Shown here piece after piece: positions 49,750 through 61,687 of a stretch of DNA of 64,000 nucleotides. The position numbers were made by a program, and so were the translations under genes. The stretch's first letter is position 1. Each line of letters starts with the position of its first letter. The notes beneath the pieces were generated by a model, which saw only the letters and a list, made by a program, of their open reading frames with translations, was not told where the DNA came from and searched no databases. The DNA is taken from assembly GCA_963814125.1 (NCBI GenBank), contig CAWFBR010000001.1, positions 218,340-282,339 of the forward strand, given 5' to 3'. This stretch comes from an uncultured Chloroflexia bacterium (GTDB lineage: Bacteria; Chloroflexota; Limnocylindria; Limnocylindrales; CSP1-4).

Positions 49750-52052
49750 CCGGACTTCTCACCGCCGGCCGCGTCCACCGGCGACGCGAGACCCTTGGGC
49801 CCGGCGTCCTTCAACTGCATCTGCGTCCTCAGCGGGTCGTCTGGTCGGCCCCGTCCGGGGCCCCGGTGGCCTTTCACCTTAGCATCAGCGTCGGACGAAG
49901 CGGCGCCGCCCGAAGCGATGCCGCCGGCCTCGGAACGGCGAGCGTCGCCGGGCGGGCCCACATATCGCCACTGCCTCGACGGCCGTCCGCCACGCGTGTT
50001 GCCGTCAGGGCCGTCGTCGGCGCCGCCGACGCTGATGAGCAGCTGCCGCGGACCCTGTTCGCCCGTGTCGCAAGCGAAGCCGGTCGCCGCGGGCGCGCCG
50101 CAGTTGGAGCACGGGCCCCAGTGGCAGTCGTCGGTGGTCCTGGCGTCCAGGGCAAGCTTTCGGTCGCGCAGCAGGAAATCGGTCGAGACGCCGGCACCCA
50201 GATGCTCCCAGGGCAGATGCTCCTCGGTCGGAATGTCCCGCTGGGCATACCACGCCGGGTCGAGACCTTCTTCGGCGAACGCCTCGAGCCAGGCGTCGAA
50301 CGCGAAGTGGGCGTCCCAGGCATCGAAGCGGGCGCCCTTCCGCCAGGCTCGAACGATCACTGGATTGAGCCGGCGATCGCCGCGGCCGAGTGCCGCCTCG
50401 AGGAGCGAGTTCCGCGAGTCGTGCCAGGACAGGACGAGACTCTTTCCGCGGAGCGCCTTCCGCAGCTCCGTTACTTTGGCCTCGATCTCGTCCGTGCTGT
50501 CCTGCCCGTCCCATTGGAACGGCGTCTTGGCCTTGGGTACGAACGTGGAGACGGCGACCTTCACCTGGGCTCGGCCACCGTGACGCCTTCGGCCGATCTC
50601 GAGGACACGGTGGCAGATTGCGGCGATGGCCAGTACATCATCGATCGTCTCGCCCGGCAGGCCGATCATGAAGTAGAGCTTCACCGCACTCCAGCCGCGA
50701 CTGAACGCCAGTTCGGCACAGCGAGCGATCTCCTCGTCGCTGACTCCTTTGTTGATCGTGTCGCGCAAGCGCTGGCTGCCGGCCTCGGGCGCGAACGTGA
50801 ACCCGGAGCGCCGGCCGCCGGGAGCGATGGCGTCGACCAGCTCGACGGTGAACGCGTCGACGCGCGTGCTCGGGATCGAGACCACGACCTCCGGGTTGCG
50901 CCGGTGCAATTCCGAGGCAACCTCTCGGACGTACGTGTAGTCCGCGGCGGAGAGGCTGGTCAGTCCCACTTCCTCGTAGCCGGTCGCGCGCAAGATCGCG
51001 TCGGCCGCCGCGATCGCGACGTCCGGCGCGCGTTCCCGAAGCGGCCGGGACTGCATCCCGGCCTGGCAGAAGCGACAGCCGCGCGTGCAGCCTCGCATGA
51101 TCTCGAGCTGAGCCCGATCGAAGACGATGCCGATGTTGGGTACGATCTGGCGAATCCCGCGGACGTGGGTCTGGAAGTCGACGGCGATCCTTCCCGTGAC
51201 CGAGGCCGGGGCGGCCCCGTCAAGGCGTTCCAGCGCCGCGAAAGTGCCGTCGGCTTCGTAGCGGGGCCTGTAGAGCGAGGGCACGTAGACGCCGGATATA
51301 CCGGCCAGTGCTCGTAGCACGGTGGCGCGATCCACGCCTCGACGCCACTCCCCGTTTCGATCGGGCACGCGCCGATGCCAGCCGAGCGACTGCAGGACCT
51401 CGCTGATCTCCAGCACCACGTCCTCGCCCTCCCCAAGGACCACCGCGTCCGTCAGGTCTGCGAAGGGCTCCGGGTTCAGGACGATGGAGCCGCCGGCGAT
51501 CACCAGCGGGTCCACCTCCGAGCGCTCGGCGGTCGTCAACCCGATCGACGCCAGGTCGAGCATGTCGAGGACGTTCGTAGCGACGAGTTCGTAGCCGAGG
51601 CTGAGGCCCAGCACGTCGAAGTCGCGGAGAGAGCGCCGCGACTCAAGGCTCCACAGCGGCACCCTCTCCGCACGTAGCTCTGCCTGAAGATCGACGTCCG
51701 GCGCGAAACAGCGCTCGGCCAGGCAGTCCGGCCGGTCGTTCAAGACCTCGTAGAGGATCCGCAGGCCGAGGTTGCTCATCCCGATCTCATAGAGGTCGGG
51801 GTACGCGAAACACCACTTCAGCGGGGTGTCGGACCAGTCTTTCCGAACCGAGTTCCACTCGCCGCCCGAGTAGCGGCCCGGCTTGCGAACGCGACCGAGC
51901 AACCGGCGGACGATCAGATCGGGCAGCGGGGGTGGGGCGTGGAACGGCCCGATTTCGGTCGAGTCCGGTAAGCGCTTGCCGGGGGTAGCCATCGTCATCG
52001 GTGTCGTCTCGCTAGATGGACCTACGGCCGGGCGTATCCGTGCTGGCGGCAA
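49746..52052 (-). CDS. TIGR03960 B12-binding-domain radical SAM protein
   Basis: …YSGGEWNSVRKDW…CFAYPDLYEIGMSNLGLRILYEVLN… and the CxxxCxxC cluster region, 768 aa with a low-complexity C-terminal tail. Confidence 0.8.
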   Translation of the reverse strand: MPPARIRPAVGPSSETTPMTMATPGKRLPDSTEIGPFHAPPPLPDLIVRRLLGRVRKPGRYSGGEWNSVRKDWSDTPLKWCFAYPDLYEIGMSNLGLRILYEVLNDRPDCLAERCFAPDVDLQAELRAERVPLWSLESRRSLRDFDVLGLSLGYELVATNVLDMLDLASIGLTTAERSEVDPLVIAGGSIVLNPEPFADLTDAVVLGEGEDVVLEISEVLQSLGWHRRVPDRNGEWRRGVDRATVLRALAGISGVYVPSLYRPRYEADGTFAALERLDGAAPASVTGRIAVDFQTHVRGIRQIVPNIGIVFDRAQLEIMRGCTRGCRFCQAGMQSRPLRERAPDVAIAAADAILRATGYEEVGLTSLSAADYTYVREVASELHRRNPEVVVSIPSTRVDAFTVELVDAIAPGGRRSGFTFAPEAGSQRLRDTINKGVSDEEIARCAELAFSRGWSAVKLYFMIGLPGETIDDVLAIAAICHRVLEIGRRRHGGRAQVKVAVSTFVPKAKTPFQWDGQDSTDEIEAKVTELRKALRGKSLVLSWHDSRNSLLEAALGRGDRRLNPVIVRAWRKGARFDAWDAHFAFDAWLEAFAEEGLDPAWYAQRDIPTEEHLPWEHLGAGVSTDFLLRDRKLALDARTTDDCHWGPCSNCGAPAATGFACDTGEQGPRQLLISVGGADDGPDGNTRGGRPSRQWRYVGPPGDARRSEAGGIASGGAASSDADAKVKGHRGPGRGRPDDPLRTQMQLKDAGPKGLASPVDAAGGEKSG

Positions 52053-52064
52053 GGGGTCGCCCCC

Positions 52065-53219
52065 TCACCACTCGGGCTTCTCGCGGCGCAGATTCGTGCT
52101 CTGGAGCATGCCGAGGCCGGCGGCCAGGCTGACGAGGGAGGCGCCGCCGTAACTGATGAAGGGCAGTGGGATGCCAGTGACGGGGACAAGCCCTATAACC
52201 ATGCCAACGTTCACAAACACCTGGAAGAAGATCATCGTCGCGAGGCCGCAGCCGAGGAGCATGGCGAAGCGATCTGGCGCGCGCCATGCGCAAATCGTCA
52301 GTCGCAGCAGAAGGAGTGCAAAGAGGGCGAGGACGACCATCGAGCCGATGAAGCCAAGCTCCTCGGCAAGAACCCCCCACACGAAGTCCGTTGCCTGAAC
52401 TGGCACCACGACCGTGCCGTTGGTGAGCCCCTTCCCTCCGAGTCCGCCCGCATTGACCGCGGTCTCGGCCTGGTGCACCTGGTATCCGGCGCTGTTCGGG
52501 TCCGCGCCCGGATTGAGCAACGTGAGCAAGCGGGCTTTCTGGTAGTCGCGCAGACCGTTCCATACGATGGGGATGGCTCCCGCAACTCCCGCAACCAGGG
52601 TTCCCATCCAGAACAGGCTCGCCCCGGACATGAAGAGCATGCCGGCCACCAGGGCGACAAGGACGAGGGACGTGCCCAGGTCCGGTTGGAGCATGACCAG
52701 GATCCAGGGCGGAACCATGATCGCGATCGCCCCGACTATGGTCCAGGGCGATTTCGCACTCTCCTCCCGATGGGCCAGGTACGCCGCGAAAACGATGACC
52801 ATGACGATCTTGGCGAGTTCGCTGAACTGGAACTGGAAGCCACCGATGGTGACCCAGCGGGCCGCATTTACGGCCTCGCCGGTGCCGCGACCGATCCGCA
52901 GCGTCAGGATCAGCAGTCCGATGTTGATCAGATACAGCGGCCAGGCAAAGGAACGCAGCCACCTATAGTCGAAGACCGTCGTCAGCCCAAGGACAACGGC
53001 CGCGATTACGGCCCACATCAGACTCCGCACAAACGGCGATTCCAGGGACACTGACTCGTTGGTCGATCCCACCGTGTTGCTGTACGCCATCACCAGTCCG
53101 AAGATGGTGAGGAGCACCGCGTAGGTCGTGAGCTGGAAGTCGTAGTTGCGCCACGCCAGCCAGCCGGCTTTGGGGGCCCAGCCCCGGAGTCTGAGGGTTT
53201 CGCCGCGCAGAATGCTCAT
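52065..53219 (-). CDS. rodA: SEDS-family peptidoglycan glycosyltransferase RodA (FtsW/RodA/SpoVE)
   Basis: SEDS family TM pattern. Call supported by its position beside PBP2. Confidence 0.85.
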   Translation of the reverse strand: MSILRGETLRLRGWAPKAGWLAWRNYDFQLTTYAVLLTIFGLVMAYSNTVGSTNESVSLESPFVRSLMWAVIAAVVLGLTTVFDYRWLRSFAWPLYLINIGLLILTLRIGRGTGEAVNAARWVTIGGFQFQFSELAKIVMVIVFAAYLAHREESAKSPWTIVGAIAIMVPPWILVMLQPDLGTSLVLVALVAGMLFMSGASLFWMGTLVAGVAGAIPIVWNGLRDYQKARLLTLLNPGADPNSAGYQVHQAETAVNAGGLGGKGLTNGTVVVPVQATDFVWGVLAEELGFIGSMVVLALFALLLLRLTICAWRAPDRFAMLLGCGLATMIFFQVFVNVGMVIGLVPVTGIPLPFISYGGASLVSLAAGLGMLQSTNLRREKPEW

Positions 53220-53235
53220 AGGTCAGTCGATACCG

Positions 53236-55254
53236 TCAGTCCCTGTTGGGACTGCCATAGAAGTTGGTGACACGCTGGGTCCAGGTCTGGATGTAGCCGG
53301 GCGTGCGGATACTGAATGGGTCGCCCTTCAAGCCGAAATGCATCATGAGGTAGTACTTGACGACCTCGGTCGCCACGTTGCCCCAGGTGTCGGCGCCGTA
53401 TATGAACGCCACCACAGCGAGCTGCGAGTCCGGCTTCGTGAAGTCCCCGTTGTACGGATCCCCGGGCACGTAGCCGACGAACCACTCGTGGTACGGCAGT
53501 CGGCCGTATTTGTCGATGACGCCGAACTCCGCCGTCCCGGTCTTGCCGGCGACCTTGATCGGCAGATCCACGAGGTTATACGTGTGTCGGGTCGTAACCA
53601 CGGCGCGCGTCGCAAGACGCATGGTCTCGAGGGTCTGCTGCGAGGCAGGCAACTTGTTCAGGAGTTTCGGCTGGATCGGCGTGATGTTGCCCGCGGAGTC
53701 GATGGTCGACTGCACCACGTGTGGCTGCCAGAGGTTGCCTCCGTTGGCCAGGGCACAGTACGCGTTCAGGAGCTGGAGCGGCGTCGAGGCGTCATAGCCC
53801 TGACCGATCCCGGCCTGGAGGATTTCGCCGGTGAACATCGGCTGGCTCGTGTTCTTCAACTTCCAGTCGTTGGTAGGCACGATGCCGCTGGCCTCGAAGG
53901 GGAGGTCGATGCCGGTCGGGGCCCCGAAACCGTACTGCGTGGCCCAGAAGGTCAGGCGGTCGAGACCGACCATCTGCGCGAGCTGGTAGAAGAATGTGTC
54001 GCTTGAATAGGCAACGCCCTGGGTCACGTTCAGGGGTCCCCAGCCCTGCTTGTCCCACTCCCAGAACTTGAAGTCGCCGATCTGGATGTAGGGCTGGGAG
54101 AGGAGAGTCGTCGAGGCGTTGAACGCGCCGCTTGTGCTGTTGAAGCTGCCGTTGCAGTAGTCGAACTCCGATCGAGTGGCGTCTCCCGCGAACTGGCACT
54201 GAGGATTGTCCTGAAGGCCGGCCGTCCCGGTAACCAGCTTGAAGGTGGACCCCGGAGCGTACTGGGCTGCGATGGCCTTGTTGAGAAGCGGCTGGGACGG
54301 ATCGGCGTTTAGTTTCTGGAAGTCCGTCTCGCTGATCCCATCGGCGAACTTCTGGTCGTCATAGCTCGGCAGGCTGACCATTGCCAGGATGTTCCCGTTC
54401 TGGGGGTTCTCGACGATGATCACGCCTCTCGTCGCAATGGGCACGCCGTTGCCGTTGAGGCCCCACTGGAGCGCCTTCTGTGCGATCTCCTGCTCGTGGG
54501 CGTCGATGGTCAGGGTCAGGGACTCACCCGGAATCGGGGGCTTGTGGCTGGTCACGAGCCCGGGGATGGCCTTCCCAGAGCTGTCAAGCGCCACGCTCTC
54601 ATCACCATAGGTGCCGCGGAGCAGCTGCTCGTACGACGCCTCCAACCCGTTCTGGCCAACCACGTCCGAGTTCGAGTAGCCCTGGTCTTTCAGGGTGTCG
54701 TATTGAGCCTGCGTAATCTGGCCGGTGTAGCCGAGGATCTCGGAAAAGAGGGGACCGGTAACGTACTGGCGGTGCTGTATGACCGCTACCTTCACGCCCG
54801 GCAGCGAATCGCTGTTCTCCTCGATGAAGCGCGCCACCTCGACGGGGACGTTGTCGGCGATCTTCACCGGCTCGTACAGCGACCCGGTCGCACTGTCAAT
54901 CCTCGTCTCGATATCGACCGGGCTCGCGTTCAAGAGCGACCCCAAGCGTTCGGAAACCAACGGCTTCTCGGAGAGCGACAGGTCGCTCGGTGTCACGGTG
55001 ACCGAGTAGCTGACAACGTTCTTGACCAACGGCGCTCCCGACGCGTCGTAGATGAGTCCCCGGGTCGACGGAACGCTCTGCTTCGCCGTCCCCGGAGCGT
55101 TGGCCGCCTGATCCGCGGGTTGCCCCTGCACGACCTGGAGATAGAACATCCTGCCGCTCAGCGAAGTCACACCCACGACGACTGCCAGGACGAACGCACC
55201 GAATCGGTAGATGTTCCTGAGCTCGGCCTGTCGGCCTTCTGTCTTGGTGCTCAC
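53236..55254 (-). CDS. mrdA: Penicillin-binding protein 2 (class B transpeptidase)
   Basis: PBP dimerisation and transpeptidase domains with STFK, SxN and KTG(T) motifs. Confidence 0.9.
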   Translation of the reverse strand: MSTKTEGRQAELRNIYRFGAFVLAVVVGVTSLSGRMFYLQVVQGQPADQAANAPGTAKQSVPSTRGLIYDASGAPLVKNVVSYSVTVTPSDLSLSEKPLVSERLGSLLNASPVDIETRIDSATGSLYEPVKIADNVPVEVARFIEENSDSLPGVKVAVIQHRQYVTGPLFSEILGYTGQITQAQYDTLKDQGYSNSDVVGQNGLEASYEQLLRGTYGDESVALDSSGKAIPGLVTSHKPPIPGESLTLTIDAHEQEIAQKALQWGLNGNGVPIATRGVIIVENPQNGNILAMVSLPSYDDQKFADGISETDFQKLNADPSQPLLNKAIAAQYAPGSTFKLVTGTAGLQDNPQCQFAGDATRSEFDYCNGSFNSTSGAFNASTTLLSQPYIQIGDFKFWEWDKQGWGPLNVTQGVAYSSDTFFYQLAQMVGLDRLTFWATQYGFGAPTGIDLPFEASGIVPTNDWKLKNTSQPMFTGEILQAGIGQGYDASTPLQLLNAYCALANGGNLWQPHVVQSTIDSAGNITPIQPKLLNKLPASQQTLETMRLATRAVVTTRHTYNLVDLPIKVAGKTGTAEFGVIDKYGRLPYHEWFVGYVPGDPYNGDFTKPDSQLAVVAFIYGADTWGNVATEVVKYYLMMHFGLKGDPFSIRTPGYIQTWTQRVTNFYGSPNRD

Positions 55255-55258
55255 AGCG

Positions 55259-55762
55259 TCACCGCCACCACACCACGCGTTCCCGTTGCTCGGCGCGCCG
55301 CTTGAGACCGATCACCAGTGGCGCGACCAGCGCGGAGACGGCAGCATTGACAATCCCGGCGGCCAGGAAGTTGGCCGGTTGAATCGGTGGCGCAGGGGGC
55401 CGAAGCAACCCCGTAACAACGCCGGATATCAGTAGAAAAGCTGGGGTAAGCACGAGCACGGCGCCGATGACCCCCGGGTACCGCGATCGCGAAAGGAGAG
55501 GCACCGCCAGATCGGTCGCGGCCATCACTATCAAGAGCCCGAAGACCGTGGATCCAATCGGTCGCAATGCCAGGAAGTCCAGGAAGAGGCCGCCCACGAA
55601 TGCCCATGTCATGCCCTCTTCGAAGCCGTAGACGAGGGTAATGGCGACGCCGACGACCAGAACGATCTGGAGTTGTGCGCCAGCGATCTGATATCGCGAC
55701 GCGATCGTGGACTCCAGGAGCGCCGCGATTCCGGCACCGACCGCAGCGAACGCGGGAGCCAT
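55259..55762 (-). CDS. mreD: MreD-like rod-shape membrane protein
   Basis: 167 aa with 5 TM helices, immediately upstream of mrdA. Call rests on topology and position. Confidence 0.55.
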   Translation of the reverse strand: MAPAFAAVGAGIAALLESTIASRYQIAGAQLQIVLVVGVAITLVYGFEEGMTWAFVGGLFLDFLALRPIGSTVFGLLIVMAATDLAVPLLSRSRYPGVIGAVLVLTPAFLLISGVVTGLLRPPAPPIQPANFLAAGIVNAAVSALVAPLVIGLKRRAEQRERVVWWR

Positions 55763-56014
55763 GGCGGTCAGCCCTCATGGTGTTGGGGGAGCGACACTCC
55801 GGGGAGCGGAGCGCGACCGAGTATCGTCATCAACCGGGGGAGTATAGGGCCGCCGGCACGATCGGGACAACGCCGCGGCCTGGGCTGCAACCGGCACGAG
55901 GCCGCTTACGAGGGAGTAGCCAAGCGGCATCGCCGAGGCAGAGCGGGGTCCTCGGGGCAGACCCGCGAGACCCAGGATTGGAAATCGTCTAGGTGACCCG
56001 TTCACTCCGCCACA

Positions 56015-56030
56015 TGTTTCACGTGAAACG
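56015..56030. promoter_or_regulatory. parS centromere site (TGTTTCACGTGAAACG, 15/16 match to consensus)
   Basis: Direct match to the ParB-binding palindrome tGTTTCACGTGAAACa. Confidence 0.75.
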
Positions 56031-56065
56031 ATTGAGAGGCAGCGCGCGTCAGTCCGACTTTCCGT

Positions 56066-56081
56066 TGTTGCACGTGAAACA
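56066..56081. promoter_or_regulatory. Second parS site (TGTTGCACGTGAAACA, 15/16)
   Basis: Direct match, about 50 bp from the first site and about 400 bp upstream of parA. Confidence 0.7.
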
Positions 56082-56481
56082 CACGCCATCACGGTCCCTC
56101 GCGGCCTTCGCCAGCCTGTGACACCCAGGCGCTCCGGCTCCTCGATCGACCTGGTCCGCCCGCGAGTCTCGCTTTGGCCCGCAGCAGCGCGGCCCAAATC
56201 CGAGCAAGGGTCGAACCGCCCTCGGCCGTCCCCGGTCCACCCACATCGTCCGGTCGACACAGCAATGGCAGTCCGGTGGCTTCCCGCCGGCGGCAGATTG
56301 TCCCGGTGACGCGCACGTAATTGAGGGAGAAGCACGTAGGAGTACTTTCGAGATGCCGCGCACCAGTTCGGCAGTCTGAGGAATCGATGCTCGCGCGGCC
56401 CGCCGGAGCCTCACTCGAAATCCGAAGGGAGGCTCCGAATGCTAGAATTTGAGCGTGCTGCCGACCGAAATGGGGACCTGA

Positions 56482-57323
56482 GTGGGCCAGATCATCGCCT
56501 GCGCCAACCAGAAGGGTGGCGTCGGTAAGACGACCACGGTTGTCAACCTGGCGACATACCTGGCGCTTGCCGGAGATGCGGTTCTCGTCATCGACCTCGA
56601 CCCTCAGGGCAATACCACCAGCGGCTTCGGCTTGGATCGTGGCCGGATCGAGCACTCGGTCTACGAGGCCATCATCGAGGACACCCTCGTGTCCGAACTG
56701 GTGGTCGGGACCGCAATCCCGGGCCTTTCGATCGTGCCATCCTCGATCTCCCTGGCCGGCGCCGAAGTCGAGCTTGCGCCGTTGCCCCAGCGTGAACGGC
56801 GTCTCGCCCGCATCCTGACCGAGCTCGTCGCCTCATACGACTACATCATCCTCGACTGCCCGCCGTCGCTCGGACTGCTGACCGTCAACGCGCTGACCGC
56901 GGCCGACGCCGTCGTGATCCCGATCCAGTGCGAGTACTACGCCCTGGAGGGCCTGTCGCAGTTGATCGCCACCATCAATCTGGTTCGCAACCATCTCAAC
57001 CCCGACCTCGCCATCAAGGGCGTTGTGCTGACGATGTACGACGCCCGGACCAACCTCTCGGCAGAGGTCGATGCGGAGGTCCGGAAACACCTCGGTGCCG
57101 CCGTCTTCGAGACCGTCATACCGCGCAGCGTCCGTCTTTCGGAGGCGCCCAGTTACGGGCAGCCGATAGCCCTCTATCGCCCCGAATCAAGGGGGGCGGA
57201 AGCATATGCCTCGCTGGCAGCCGAGTTGCGAAAGCGCGATGGCCGTCCGGCGCCCGGGCCAGCGACGATGCCGGCCACCGGAACCGGTGCAGCCGACGCC
57301 GGAGCCGTTCGTGGGGGAACACT

Positions 57324-57327
<4 letters not shown>
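56482..57327 (+). CDS. parA: Chromosome partitioning ATPase ParA/Soj
   Basis: IIACANQKGGVGKTTT deviant Walker A, 281 aa, GTG start. Confidence 0.92.
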
Positions 57328-60688
<3,361 letters not shown>

Positions 60689-60692
<4 letters not shown>

Positions 60693-61687
60693 GCCCTCCG
60701 TCCGCCAGGGCCCCTTCAGCCGTCACCGCGGCGTCGAATCTCTTCGTGGCCGAGCATCTCGCCGCCGCAGTCGCTCTCGGCGAGCGGTTGGTCGATCTCG
60801 TCTACGACCCGGACGCCTTCGTCGCGACCATAACCGAGGGATTCGAGGCCATCGCAGATCCCGTGGCGGCCGACGGCGCTCACTTCGTGACCCCTGGCCT
60901 CGGACCCGTGTTCGGGGTTCGGCTGCCGTTGATGGACGCCGCCCAGAAGGCCTTCAGGCGCGGCACGAGCAAGACGCCGTCGTCTCTGCTCCTCGACACG
61001 ATGGGGCGACTGCTGCGCGAAGAGAAGCGCGAGATTCGCTGGTTCGGAATGTGGAACCTCGCCCGCCTCCTGCCCACGGACCCGGAGAGAACGTGGCAGC
61101 TTCTCCGCGGCGCGGCCCGCGAGGCGGACGAATGGATCACCGTGGACACTCTCGCCCACCCCTACGGCGAAGGGATCCTTCGGGACGCTCGCCGCTGGCC
61201 TGAGCTGGAGCAGCTCGTGTACTCGACGTCGCGCTGGGAGCGGCGTCTGGTCGGATCCACCCTGGCGACGATGCCCCACGTCAGAGGTGTGGCAGGCGGC
61301 CGCGACCGCCCGGTAATCGAGCACGGCCTCGCGCTCGTCGGTCAGCTCATCGGCGACGACGAGCCGGACGTCCAGAAGGCCCTGTCGTGGGCGCTTCGCG
61401 CGCTAGCCCAGCTGGACGCAACGGCGACAACCCGCTTCCTGGAAGCGGAGGCGCGGACCGCGCGACTGACCGACGACGGTCATCGCGCCTGGGTAATCCG
61501 CGACTCCGTATCGAAGCTACCGGCCGAAACCGGCGCTCGCCTCCGGGCTGATCTCGGCGGGATCCGGCGCCGTGCCCGCGCTCCGTCCACATCTCGCGCC
61601 GCGGCCACCGCGGCTGAATTCGCCACCGTCGGCACCACGAGCCCCACGCCACGTGCCGCCAACTCCGGGAGGAATACCGCACCGTGA
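60689..61687 (+). CDS. HEAT-repeat DNA alkylation repair (AlkD-like) protein candidate
   Basis: Helical repeat protein with W/R/D-rich motifs (…[11 protein letters not shown]…[13 protein letters not shown]…RWERRLV…) resembling the AlkC/AlkD family. The ATG overlaps the thioesterase stop. Confidence 0.45.

Noticed and set aside
55775-56335. 186-aa minus-strand ORF in the parS region, considered as a possible MreC
   Set aside because: No MreC coiled-coil or beta-domain features, R/P-rich. The region is better explained as non-coding centromere and intergenic DNA.
55763-56481. DnaA-box cluster / definitive oriC call
   Set aside because: The best matches to TTATCCACA/TTGTCCACA are only 5–6 of 9, and there is no adjacent dnaA. 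Kept only as a hypothesis in the findings.
56928-57323. Upstream extension of the parB track ORF (419 aa)
   Set aside because: It overlaps parA in another frame. ParB homology begins at the GTG at 57324.
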